From: Octopus sinensis
Lineage: Eukaryota
Direction of reading: 5' to 3'
Assembly (NCBI RefSeq): GCF_006345805.1
Contig: NC_043006.1
Location: 35,588,001 to 35,652,000 of the forward strand
DNA length: 64,000 nt
Positions within the stretch are counted from its first letter, which is position 1. Every line of letters starts with the position of its first letter. Under the pieces are notes generated by a model. It had not been told where the DNA came from. It made no database searches and worked only from the letters and a program-made list of their open reading frames with translations. Below, piece by piece: positions 12,447 through 25,235 of the stretch. A program made the position numbers and the translations under genes.

Positions 12447-12450
<4 letters not shown>
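11854..12450 (+). mobile_element. SINE family B trimer (one head plus three ~180-bp head-to-tail units)
   Basis: Units start at ~11904, 12088 and 12267. The junction CCCCTTGTGGTTAGTAAAGAAATAG|GTATTTCG occurs twice. Confidence 0.9.
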
Positions 12451-12492
<42 letters not shown>

Positions 12493-12639
12493 TATACATG
12501 TACATGCACACACGCTCATGTATATACAAACATACTTTCACGCAAATACACAGCCAAATGTGAAGGTTACCCTCAATGTTGAAGAATAATGGTCGATATT
12601 TAAATGACATTCTTACATTACATTCTTTCAGTTCTTTCA

Positions 12640-13150
12640 GAGTGAAATCGAACCCGAGATCTTATGATTAGGAAGTGAACATCTGAACACTCATTTAGCT
12701 ATAATACTCATCACTACTTCTAAATCATATTATATAACATTTAAATTGCACTACTATATTATATACACATCAATATTTTACGCGTGCACTACAGTTTATG
12801 TTTGAACGAAGACACTTGCTCAAAATTCCATTCCCTAAAATCGAACACCACACTTCATGAATAGAAACTGAAAATTTTAACACCCATTCATGCATAGTAT
12901 TGCAATATACAGCCTCTACATTAAAACCCTGTGTTATAAGCACAGCAACATTTTACATTCATATTTAAGTTTATCTTAGAACGAAATCACTGGCTTAAAA
13001 TTTCATTAAGCAAGATCGAACCCGAGATCTCAAGATTAGGAAGAGAATATCTTAAAACCCATTCAGATATAATATTTATCACCGTTCCTACAACATATTA
13101 TACAACCTCTGCATTACAATAGGATATTCTATACCTAACAATGTTTAACA
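12640..13150 (-). repeat. Old tandem array (~185-bp period) of decayed tRNA-SINE-head-like units
   Basis: ATCGAAC..GA.TAG.AA..GAA recurs at ~12647, ~12840 and ~13015. GAAGACACTTGCTCAA at ~12808 matches the family A head on the minus strand. Confidence 0.55.
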
Positions 13151-13292
13151 CTTGTATTGTACGGGAACACAATAGCTTCTGCGTTCATACGACATCACAG
13201 CTTGTCACACCTTCATAGTTCATCTATTTTTTTTTCCATAAAACGGTTTCCAACAACAACAGCATCAGCAGCTGCTGCAGATTTGTAATAGT

Positions 13293-13323
<31 letters not shown>

Positions 13324-13722
13324 ACAATAATAATAATAACAGATGTAGTTAAAAAAAAGAATACACCGGATCGACCTAATTTTTCATAAATAGTTTCGGT
13401 GCTCTGCAAGGAAACTGGTTTTATACAATTGAGTAAATGTCAAGTTTAGCCAAGTCATTCAGTTGTGTGTTAAGGGACGGTCGACTAGCAATGTCTAACT
13501 TAAAACAGAATACATCAAGCTTCAGAAATCTAATTACGTTATCACATGCAATCAATGGTCGTCTGCTTTCATGTTCGGTTTCAAAGTGGTTTGTCTTATT
13601 TTATGGTCGATTTTCTCATTCTCACTCTTTCTTTTTCTCTCTTTCTCAGACTCTTCCACTCTCACTTGAACTTCTCTCTGCATGTGTGTCATTTATATAC
13701 ATATATGTATATGCATATATAT

Positions 13723-13771
<49 letters not shown>

Positions 13772-13900
13772 GTATACACATATATACATATTTATGTATA
13801 AAAATGTACATTTATATATATATATATATATGTAGGTCCCGGGTTGATCCGGGGTTAACCACAGTAAGTAAGGTACTCAATACATAGTAGAGTAAAATTA

Positions 13901-14042
13901 ATTTATTATATAGAAGGAGCTTCTACAGGACTAGTACTGTTTCATTCAAGAGAAATCTTCAGAAATCTTCAGGAAGCTTCCTGAAGATTTCTCTTGAATG
14001 AAACAGTACTAGTCCTGTAGAAGCTCCTTCTATATAATAAAT
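13901..14042. repeat. Loop-less perfect palindrome containing a hammerhead motif on each strand (Penelope pLTR remnant in (TA)n)
   Basis: Centre at 13976/13977 (GGAAG|CTTCC). Arms are identical apart from a 10-bp duplication (AGAAATCTTC) in the left arm. Confidence 0.95.
13975..14028 (+). ncRNA. Minimal hammerhead ribozyme motif
   Basis: CTGAAGA 13981-87; weak helix II TTC/GAA; GAAA 14000-03; palindromic AGTACT in helix III; GTC 14012-14. AGCTTC/GAAGCT could form a bulged helix I. Confidence 0.65.
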
Positions 14043-14044
14043 AT

Positions 14045-14090
<46 letters not shown>

Positions 14091-14203
14091 TATTTATATC
14101 TATATACACACACACATATATATATCTATATACATGTCTATGTATAACAATATACATATGTCTCTCTCTCACACTCTCTCTCTCTCTCTACATATATACT
14201 CCT

Positions 14204-14513
14204 TTACTCTTTTACATGTTTCTGTCATTTGACTGCGGCCATGCTGCAGCACCGCCTTTAGTTGAGGAAATCAACCCTAGGAATTATTCTTTGTAAACCT
14301 AGTACTTATTCTATCGGTCGATTTTGCCAAACCGCTAAGTTACGGGGACGGAAACACACCAGCAAGTGATGTTAAGGGGGAAGGGGGCAAACACAAACAC
14401 ACACACATATAGATATATACATATATACGAAGGGTTTCTTTCAGTTTCTGTCTACCTAATCCACTCACAAGGCTTTGGTCGGCTTGAGCCTATAGCAAAA
14501 GACACCTGCCCAA
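14204..14513 (-). mobile_element. SINE family A, 5'-truncated
   Basis: Reverse-complement match to 5380-5705. Confidence 0.85.
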
Positions 14514-14515
14514 AG

Positions 14516-14556
<41 letters not shown>

Positions 14557-14623
14557 ATATATATATATATATATATATATATTCATATATCTGTGAATAT
14601 GTACGTATACACGGTTGTTTATT

Positions 14624-14673
<50 letters not shown>

Positions 14674-15263
14674 TGTATGTGTGTGTCTGTGTGTGTGTGT
14701 CTGTGTGTCTGTGTGTCTGTGTGTGTGTGTTTGTGTGTGTTTGTGTGTGTGTGTGTGTTTGTATTCCCCACATACCCACTCTTGACGTGTACACTCTTTC
14801 ACAAAACAAATATACACGGACCGTATTTAGACATTCACATAAGTAAGACAACACAATTTCACATGTTGTTCTATTGGAAATCACCAGGGAATTATGGGAC
14901 GAATTGTAAAACATTATGGACATCCATTTCTGTGTATGAAACTAATATATAATTTATGTTGACTTTGCCCCAATCACATGTAAGGCATTTAGCTGCTGTT
15001 GTTACTTACTGGAGAAAAAATATACAAATAAAAGCTCTATTCGCCATTGATCAACCCTCTAATCATGTGACTGGTTTCCTCATACATACTGAAACCCATA
15101 TATTTATATACTTATGTATGAATGTATATATGTATATATATATATATATATATAATATATATATATATTCATATATATATATGTTGATTGTTTTTATGCT
15201 CAGTTCTAATAAAAGCAATTTTGCATAAATCTGATGGGTTACTCTAAAGTTTTGTAGCGTATA

Positions 15264-15369
15264 AATAACATTCTTGAGCAAGAATGTTATTGACAGTGAC
15301 TTCGAAATGTCGTGCAGTCGGGCTAAGGCCGACGGTCGTCTACTTGGCCGAAATGTCGAAGTCACTGTC
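15264..15369. repeat. Two abutting perfect inverted repeats (13-bp and 14-bp arms)
   Basis: AATAACATTCTTG-AG-CAAGAATGTTATT (15264-91); GACAGTGACTTCGA (15292-305) / TCGAAGTCACTGTC (15356-69). Confidence 0.9.
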
Positions 15370-15384
15370 TGTAATAAGAAGATT

Positions 15385-15925
<541 letters not shown>

Positions 15926-17869
15926 ATGGCTTACTAGCAGTCAATGCAGTTTAATCCATATCATTACAAATAATAGCGGCCATTTTCCACTGTTCTTGAC
16001 GCTCTTCTGTTTCAGCTGTTTAATAATTCAGTTACGCTATGTACTTATTTGTTTGCTTTTTTATTTATTTATTCATTTATTTATTTATTTGTTTGACTCT
16101 CGAGACAGCATTGTTGAATCTTTCAGAGTTTTAGGGAGGAAAAGTGAGAGTGTTTTATGAGAAAAAAAAAACGTATATGAGGTTGAAGTGGTGGGGGGGA
16201 CATATTGAAAATCATATTCAAGGTGATGACAACGACGACGACCATGATGATGACGACAACGACGATGAGGATGTTGATGATGATTTATGGTGGTGGTGAT
16301 GAGTTATGGTGGTGGTGATGGTGATGTTGCTGTCGGTGGTGTTAGGGACGATAACGGTGACACCGGTGGTGATGATAATGATGCGCGTGTTTAACACAAT
16401 TCAGAAAATCCAATATTATTTTCATTTGATGTGTCGCATTATAAATGCGAAAAATGCCAAAGAATATCCTAACGATTCCAGCGTAGGGTAGGATGGACGG
16501 AGAGGGAGTGTTCTATTTTTTATGTTTTATTATTTTTTTTTTTGGAAAATATATAACTCATGAATATTTCAAGTTGGTGGGAGATGGAAGAATGTATGTG
16601 GAGAATAAGTAAAGAATAGAAATGGATTGTCAAAAGCTTAAATATAGGAAAACACGTAAAAGGACCGCTGCTCGGGACGGAATAAGTTAAACGGTGGGGA
16701 AGACGCGAGCGAAAGACAATTAAACAATAATATAAGGGTCAGAAGCAAGTATCGAAATGAAACGGCGAGATTAAAACTTAAAAACTGATCACATTGTACA
16801 TAGATACACTGAACGGTTGAAATGATATACCGTGCAACCCAATGGAAAGTGCAGACGACATATAAATTAAACAGCAGCAGCAACAGTAGCTGTCGGCTGA
16901 CGTCATTGTAATGTTATGTTCCTTTGTTTCTGCTATTCATATTTTAATGTCAGATATAACACGTCGGCCGAAGGAAAATACCTCAGAGAAATGATCTGCA
17001 TACTAAATATAAATTAGTTAAATCTATACATGTGCAACATGGTAAATTGAAGACCTTCGATCAATTGGGAATCAATATATCTGCTTACTGCCGTTTAACA
17101 CTTTTGACATAGCAGGACAGGGGATGTAACTTCTGCAGGATTAACTGATTGAAACTTTTGGTAACTATACACAATGCAGACTAAAATGGAAATGCTCTTT
17201 AAGAAGAATAATGAATGCAGCAAGCTGCTTCCACTGAGCCCCGCAGCGAAGCATATTGCACTCAGAATTTTAAGTAACCTAAACTGCGTTTGAGCCTAAA
17301 CACTCCTCGAAGCTGATATTGCTGAAACACACACACACAGAGACACAAACACACATATATACATATACATACATACATGCATACATGCATACATGCATGC
17401 ATACATACATACATACGTACATACATACATACATACATACATACATACATACCTACATACATACATACATACATACAGATGATAACATAAAGCTGAAGAT
17501 TAGTGAAAAAGAGAATACCTACGCTGAACTATTGAGAAATCTGCAGTTAACTCTATCCGTATTACAATTTTAGGTTTATACCAGTAATTATTGGGACCCT
17601 GGAATATGTAACACACAGCCTAAATTCCAATCTTTATAAATTAGGCTTCTCAAAACCAGAAAGGAGAAAGCTAATTCGAAGACTACAGAGCCAATCCATC
17701 ACTGGAACAGTAAAAATTTGTAAAACTTTCCAGACGTTTATCATTTAAATATATATGAACATGTCTAGATGTGCAACTATATGCATGAGAATACATACAT
17801 AAAACAAGACATACTAATCTGTACACATACATACATGCATACATGCATACATACATACATACATGCAAA

Positions 17870-17975
17870 TATACCCTGTTGTTGACATCGAAATTCCAAT
17901 GAAGGAGCCTTGGATCTAGGTTAGAAACCGGCTCTTTATTGTTAAGAAATCTTGAAATAAAACTCAACAATGACA
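17870..17975 (+). mobile_element. Probable Penelope pLTR remnant with a degenerate hammerhead
   Basis: CCAATGA-AGG-AGCCT-TGGATCT-AGGTT-A-GAAA-CCGG-CTC (17896-17934), lying between microsatellite-like tracts. Confidence 0.5.
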
Positions 17976-18009
17976 TATATAGATGCATGCATACATACAT
18001 AGAGACAGA

Positions 18010-18233
18010 CAGACATCCCTCGACTATCGAGGATGTTACGTTCCAAAAACCCCTGCGATATTTGAAAATCCGTGAAGTAGCAACAGTAAAGTACTGTATA
18101 TATATTTTTAATAATTTTTATAATTTGTATATATTTATTTTATTATAAATGCAAACAACACCACGGAGGAATCGATGTAAGCTTAAATAATAAACCGCGG
18201 TATGTGAACCGTGATATGGCGAGGCATACTGTA
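18010..18233. mobile_element. pogo/Tigger-like MITE
   Basis: Imperfect TIRs CAGACATCCCTCG / CGAGGCATACTG followed by TA, with internal CC(G)CGATA-like subterminal motifs. Related mini copy at 43174-43224. Confidence 0.7.
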
Positions 18234-19699
18234 TATTTAAGTCATAATATATGAACTCAAGTAATCCGGTAGTATTCATAAAAAAAATACCTTAAAAGAC
18301 TTATTCTAGAAAATATATAGAATATGTAGTGTGATCCAAGAGAAAAAGAGAAGTGATGTATAAAGTCTAAATGACAGAAATATTTTCTTGAAATTTTATT
18401 TAACAATAATAAAATTCTAATAACACGATAAATTGTTTCGTAACTTAAGAACATGTAAATGATTTATATTACTTATATAATAAATTAATTACTTACATTC
18501 CTGCATATCGTTTTATATTTGTGCATACATGTATATATATATATATAAATATGAGACATCTCTGCTCAAAGATAAAGACTGATTTGCGTAGGACTAACAC
18601 CTCCTACCTAGAAAAAAGTAGATACACAAGCATCTATTGCATTCCCAAACCAACAAGACCGGACGAAGTAAGGCCTTTCCCCAGAGATCCATATGGCTCG
18701 GTAAAAATCACGGATGTAACAGGCAAGAAGCAGAAAAGACACTCCAAACAAAGGGGAAAAGACACGGATGGCTTATACTCCAAACAAGTCGAAGAACTTA
18801 AATCAAAAAGAAGTGGATGAGATATCTACAAGCTAACTTGATCTACAGGAAGTAGGAGCCAAGTGGTCCTCATATCATACTCTGCTATTTTTTTAAATAT
18901 GCACACTCTATATTTCGGACTCTACTCCTGGATAGACTTAGCCTTAAAATACAACGAACACGGAAGCGTTATGGTGAGAACACTTCTGATCATAGGACAG
19001 TAACATAAGATAGGCCTCGGACTACATAACAACATTAATATATATTACTTGCACTAAGAGCGATAAGACATTTCCCCCATCTTATGTATTATGTCGTTAT
19101 CTATTTCTTTAAAATTCAGAGTTTCTACAATACATTAAACTTGCTCTTTTTCGTATATCTCTATTTCCGGTTATATATCGTTGTTTTATCTCCTCTCCTC
19201 TTATGTTTTATTACTTTGTTTTCCGTCATCATTTCATCTAACTCGAATAAGCGAGATATGTTGTCTACAACAACATATCTCACTTCTACCACCATACATA
19301 TAAATGTGTGTGTGCTATTATGTTTTCATTATTTCTTGCCTTTAGATGTTCCATATCTTCGCTTGGATTTATATTAATCTCATTTTCATTTTCCTTAACC
19401 ATATCAGCCATTTGTAATATTGTCGCTCAGCTTTCTCTTCTTGCTTTTGTTTTTCTCTTTTATGTATTTCCCATAATTCAATTCATTCCTATATCATTCT
19501 CCTATGTGTATGAATAGACGTATTTTTGTGCTAAGAAGTTTGCTTTCCGACCACATGTTTCCGGATTCAGTCCCACTTGTGTTAACTTGGTCAACAAATA
19601 GATTACGTACCAGTTGAACAGTGTGGTCGATATAATTGACGTACCCATACGGCAAAATTTTAGGCCTTGTGCCTGTTATAGAAAGCATTATTATCATCA

Positions 19700-20241
19700 A
19701 AGTTACACTGGGGTCAAATATACGAAGCGCAGTATACCCACCATGACTGCCCGTCTGATAAGGGTACAGGAGGCACATGCATTACAACAATATGTGCGCG
19801 ACATGGTGATGTCATATCAAGATAAACAGCGTATGGCCTTGTAGGTGGAGCCCAGTTAGAATTTGGCCTTGTAGGTGGAGCCCAGTCGAATAGCCTATCC
19901 CGCTCAAAAGGTCCCTGAATAAGGACTGTTTAATGAAGATAAACAAAATACCCATGTTTCCAGAGGTGATTTATCCAAACCTCAAAGAATTCCTTTCAAC
20001 ACATGGCTATGATGCTCCTACACTGTTTCTGCTCGTGATCAGAGATGCATATATCGTCAGCCACCAATGGCCATGCTCAACTGGTTACGGTGAAACAACT
20101 GACAAGCAAATCTGTGGTATTGAGCAGAATATTTGCTGTAGCCTACCTTTTATACGGAGACAAAACAATGTACATGATAACACTTCCAATCAGTTAAGAT
20201 CAGAAGACATGACAACCACTGCATGGTACTGCATCATGGCA

Positions 20242-20242
<1 letters not shown>
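19700..20242. mobile_element. Interspersed repeat of unclear class (possibly a LINE UTR)
   Basis: Compositionally distinct block bounded by SINE fragments and (ATT)n, with an internal 23-bp duplication TGGCCTTGTAGGTGGAGCCCAGT. I recall this sequence as a high-copy octopus repeat (unverified). Confidence 0.45.
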
Positions 20243-20306
<64 letters not shown>

Positions 20307-20455
20307 TGTTACCATTATTATCATTATTATTATGGTATGCAAAAAAATGTAGAATAAGTATGGAAAAATAACATTACAATAAAATTAAGGTTTCCTAAAT
20401 TAGAAATGCCATAATTTCTAAATCTCCCTAAAGGATACAGCAGCAGTAATGAGTA

Positions 20456-20743
20456 TTAATATTTATAGGCAAACTTACGTGGCAATCCATAGAAATAGGA
20501 CGAAGGGTGTTGTTGATTAGCTCCAAGACGCGATCGCTTCTAGCTAGCTATATGAGGCACGAACCTGCGTCTATAAACCTTCAAACAGGAGAGGTCATCC
20601 ACTTCCTCCTTTGTTCGAAGGTTTATGGACGCAAGTTCATGCGTCATGTAGTTAGCTAGAGGCAATCGCCTCTCGGAGCTAATCAACAGCAGCCTTCGTC
20701 GTATTTCTCTAGACTTCCACGTTAGTTTGGCAATAAATATTAA
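20456..20743. repeat. 288-bp imperfect hairpin (139-bp arms, 10-nt loop); fold-back/MITE-like element
   Basis: 20456-20594 aligns ungapped to the reverse complement of 20605-20743 with about 24 mismatches (manual count). Both termini are TTAA. Confidence 0.9.
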
Positions 20744-22426
20744 GATTTCCTAAATTTCATTCTAAAGTAGTAATTATATTGTATTAATAAACCAAAGTGA
20801 ATAAAGATAATTCCCCTACCATATAATACAATGCTTGTTGATGGTGTAGAAGAAGTAGGAAGAGGAAGACGGGGAAGAGGAGGAGGAAGAGGAGGAGGAA
20901 GGGGAGGAGGAAAGCACCAAGAAGAACAGCATCAACCTCTACAATAACAACAAATGAGCTGGAGAGAAGTTCGAGAAGGAGAATATGAGTAAGGAGTATT
21001 TGGGTTGAGGGTAGGAAAAAAATTTCCTATTCATCAGCTTGTATTAATTAAAACAATTGATTTAATCTAATAAAAAAATATAACCAGATAATACACGAGA
21101 ATAATCAAATTAATTATCTAAAGCCTAATTATCAATATTGCTGCTATTCCATATTCTGTCAATACTTTTCTGCAACTTCGTTGATTTGAAACAATTTAGA
21201 TATCGTTTCTTTTATTATATAAAACTAATTTGCTTCGTTACACATACTCACACGCACACACACACATACACACGCACGCACGCACACACGCACACACACA
21301 GATACACGCATGCACGCAAGTACACTCATATACACCCGTGTATATATATATGCATACATATACACAAATACATATACAAACACACACACATACACACACA
21401 TACATACATATATACACATATGCATATATGTGCGTTTTTGTATGCATATTTGTATGCGTGTATACATGTATGTATGTATGTACGTGTATCTGTACGTATG
21501 TATAACTGAATGAATAAAAGAATAAATGAGAGAATCTACAAAGGAACGAAAGAAGAAAAGAAGGAGTGTATATATTATACGCGTAGATTCTCCTTTTTGC
21601 AACTCTTTCAAGTGATAAATTGTGTGAGAATTTTCAAGATGGCGTTGTGACAATGTAGTATTGATTCCGCTGGTTATCACAGGTAATGATGTTTCGGCAT
21701 ATGGCTGATAACTTTGAGAAAAGAGTTCCCTTATGGTCAATACCAGTGCCAAATTCCAAATAATTCTATTTAATTTTTCGACCGTCTTGAAAATTCTCCG
21801 TACAGTTTTCTTTTTTTTTTTCTTTTTGTCTTGTGGGGATGAATTAATCTTCGTTGTTATCGATCATTCAGTTGAAAGCATAACGACACATTTGGGATTT
21901 GAATAGGATATGGCAGATGGTTTTGATTGGAAAATAAATGACTTATAAGTATTATGTATCATTTCGAAATCTTTTCTGTGGTGCATAAGATGCATCTAAT
22001 GTTACCAAACCGATAATATTTGGGCCTTTCCTAAATTTGCTAATTTACAGTACTATACTGGAATCCTGTAACTGTTGACCATCAATGACAATTCTAAAAC
22101 ATACCTTCAAGAGGTTAAATCTCTGCAATACACACACATACACACACACAAAGATACACACACAGATGTAAATATATTTAACAAAGATAGCATTGATATT
22201 GATACGAAATTTCGACTAGCTAAGCTATCAACAGAGAGTCCGGTGATAGCGTCGCTGGCCGACACTTTGAAGACATTGTGAATATTATTATTGTTCAAGA
22301 ATAATGATTTGTATTCTATAAAAGTAAAGAGAAACCGTTGAGTTTAATATAAAATTGTCTTTATGCTACCTGAACACAAAACGAGCGCATATATATATTT
22401 ATATATATACTTTTTCTTTTATTATT

Positions 22427-22859
<433 letters not shown>

Positions 22860-22989
22860 AGGATATTGGAATGCTACACATATACACCATTATGCCTATA
22901 AAACGGATTTACGAATTCAATACCCATACATATTTTACATCTATTTTATTTCTTCCACCTCACTCCCTATTTGTAGCTCACCGCAACTA

Positions 22990-23135
22990 ATTATGACTTA
23001 ATTTTTCCTCTCACACCGTCTCCGATGAAGGGATATTATTAATCAATATCCTAGAAACAGCTGTATTACCTTCTGTCTATAATTGGTCTAATATCTATAC
23101 AGCCGTGTTTTGTTATCTCATTACGCAAAAATTCT
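22990..23135 (+). mobile_element. Probable Penelope pLTR remnant with a hammerhead-like motif
   Basis: CCGATGA 23022-28; helix II GGATATT/AATATCC; GAAA 23054-57; C-AGCT-G-TA; runs into a microsatellite. Confidence 0.6.
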
Positions 23136-23167
<32 letters not shown>

Positions 23168-23189
23168 TGTATGTATGTATGTATGTATG

Positions 23190-23226
<37 letters not shown>

Positions 23227-23227
23227 C

Positions 23228-23316
<89 letters not shown>

Positions 23317-23927
23317 ATATCTATATATTCATTTAGGTTTTGCTTTCTGTTTTCTTTGAGTTAATTCTTTCAATTTCTTTTCTATTACTTCATTCTCCAT
23401 CTGTTTATTCAGCTCTTTATCATTTTGTGTTTTTCGTATTCCACTTAACACTTTTTCTTTCACTGTTTTGCCTCATTTCAATGGGATTACCCTTCCTTTA
23501 TCTCGCTCGTTTCCTTCATGATAAACATTCCCTTCATCATTTGTCCCCTGTTTTATCTACTCCGTTTTTTTTTTTATGTTACCTGTCTCGATTCTCTCTT
23601 TCTTTCTTTCGTTGTTCGAAAGCAAATTCGTTTTCTATGTTTTGTTTTTTATGTTCTCGTTCCTCATTTTGTTCACGTTTTTTTTTACGTCCTGTACCCA
23701 TATATGCATGTATATATACATATATATTCGGTATATACATATATGTATGTATATATGCATTATTTATACTTATTATTCACATTATTATATGATCGAACGC
23801 CACGCATCTATTTCCAAATAAGTTTCATCTATCTATCTTTATATATATATATATATATATATGATCCAACAGAGGTATAATCAAGAAATATACTCCATCC
23901 AGTGAGAGGTAAATATCAATATAAACA

Positions 23928-24057
23928 CACAACCGAAAGAGCAACTAATAGTTTCATGCCCTTATAATACATGAACAGCCATTGAACAGCCATTTTATAA
24001 ATATGGCTGTTCAAGTATAATAAAAGCATGAAGCTACTAGACGCTCTTTTGGCTGTG
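23928..24057. repeat. Diverged fold-back palindrome in (TA)n, probable Penelope pLTR remnant
   Basis: 55-bp arms (23928-82 / 24003-57) with 10 mismatches; 11-bp duplication TGAACAGCCAT beside the apex; arm consensus GAAACTACTAGTC. Confidence 0.8.
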
Positions 24058-24819
24058 CATTAAAAATTATATTTATATATATATATATGTATATATATCA
24101 CGTGATCACGTGACCGACCAGACCATCATATGTTGTTACACATCGCTGGTCACAATGCGTTCGCATTGTTCTAGCCTTCGAATGACGCCACCCCGCTGGC
24201 TAAGCGAGCAGGCCAATATATATATGGTTTTAACTCTATTTCTCTCTGTGTCTGTATATATGTCTCTCTCTCTCTATGCGTGTGTATAAATTCATACACT
24301 CTAACGCGTGCACACACACATACGCATACATATGTTGACATGTATATTTAATTTTTGTTATTGTTTAATGTTCTAATCATTTCAGATTTATACTTCTACC
24401 CTCGTTAAATATGATAACAGTTACATACATTAATCATCACAGCTTCCAGTGATTGTGTAATAAGCGATAAATGCTGTTTCCTAAAATGAAAATATGACAA
24501 GCTTTACACCTGACTCCCGTATTATAAATTTAATGTCGTGCTGATAAAATAGTGGAGAGCTATATTTATGATTTTACAACTTCAAAATAATATGTATGAT
24601 CACAATCTGTTATACCTCAGATGTCTAAATTACATATCCTCTTTATTTCACTGATACCACATAGTCTTTTGGGGGTGCGTTTCGTTAAAGGCCTCGAACG
24701 TCTTCACTTAAGGTCAAGATCTTCAGGCTCACAATTTAGTGGTATGAAACGAGAGCTCACTCAAGTGTTTGTAACCAGAGTTCTATTCCAGCGTCCGACC
24801 AAATTTTGTTTGCTTATGT

Positions 24820-24920
24820 TCATCCTCTACCTCCTCCCCCTCATCCTCATCCTCCTCCTCCTCCTCCACATCATCATCATCATCATTATAATCATCATCA
24901 TCATTACCACTACCACCACC

Positions 24921-24975
<55 letters not shown>

Positions 24976-24985
24976 ACATCATCAA
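24820..24985. repeat. (CCT)/(CAT)/(CAC) trinucleotide microsatellite
   Basis: Seen directly. Confidence 0.95.
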
Positions 24986-25004
24986 CCCTTGGACATTACT
25001 GTCT

Positions 25005-25235
25005 TGAATCCGAGGATTCATAGGCCGCAGTCTACCCGGTTTCCATGGTGTATAAGTAGCTGAGATCAGAATGTACCCCTGAAAGAGACCCGGTCCGTCG
25101 AAGAGTTACTCATTTGCCACTGAGTGGACTCGAAAAAGGTGAAATGTAGAATACAAAGCATTGCTCGGTCCAGAAAAGGAGACGCCGATCTTACTCTCAT
25201 GGGGACAACGCCGTAACCGCTAAGCTACGCATCTG
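25005..25235 (-). mobile_element. Decayed SINE family E
   Basis: Minus strand GTCCACTCAG..AAATGAGTAA..CGACGGACCGG..CCATGGAAACCGGG parallels 49079-49340. Confidence 0.6.

Noticed and set aside
11904-12450. CRISPR-like array
   Set aside because: The units are contiguous ~180-bp SINE copies without unique spacers, in a eukaryotic context.
18521-18900. 99-aa ORF or LINE ORF1 fragment
   Set aside because: GTG start and no motif I can support; left unclassified.
21580-21760. Possible exon with AAGATGGCG and a CAG|GTAAT donor
   Set aside because: No convincing acceptor or conserved peptide; motif-level coincidence cannot be excluded.
24099-24216. Short GC-richer insert in (TA)n with tandem CACGTG E-boxes
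   Set aside because: It looks like a retroposon 3' tail fragment (from recall), so the motifs are probably repeat-derived.
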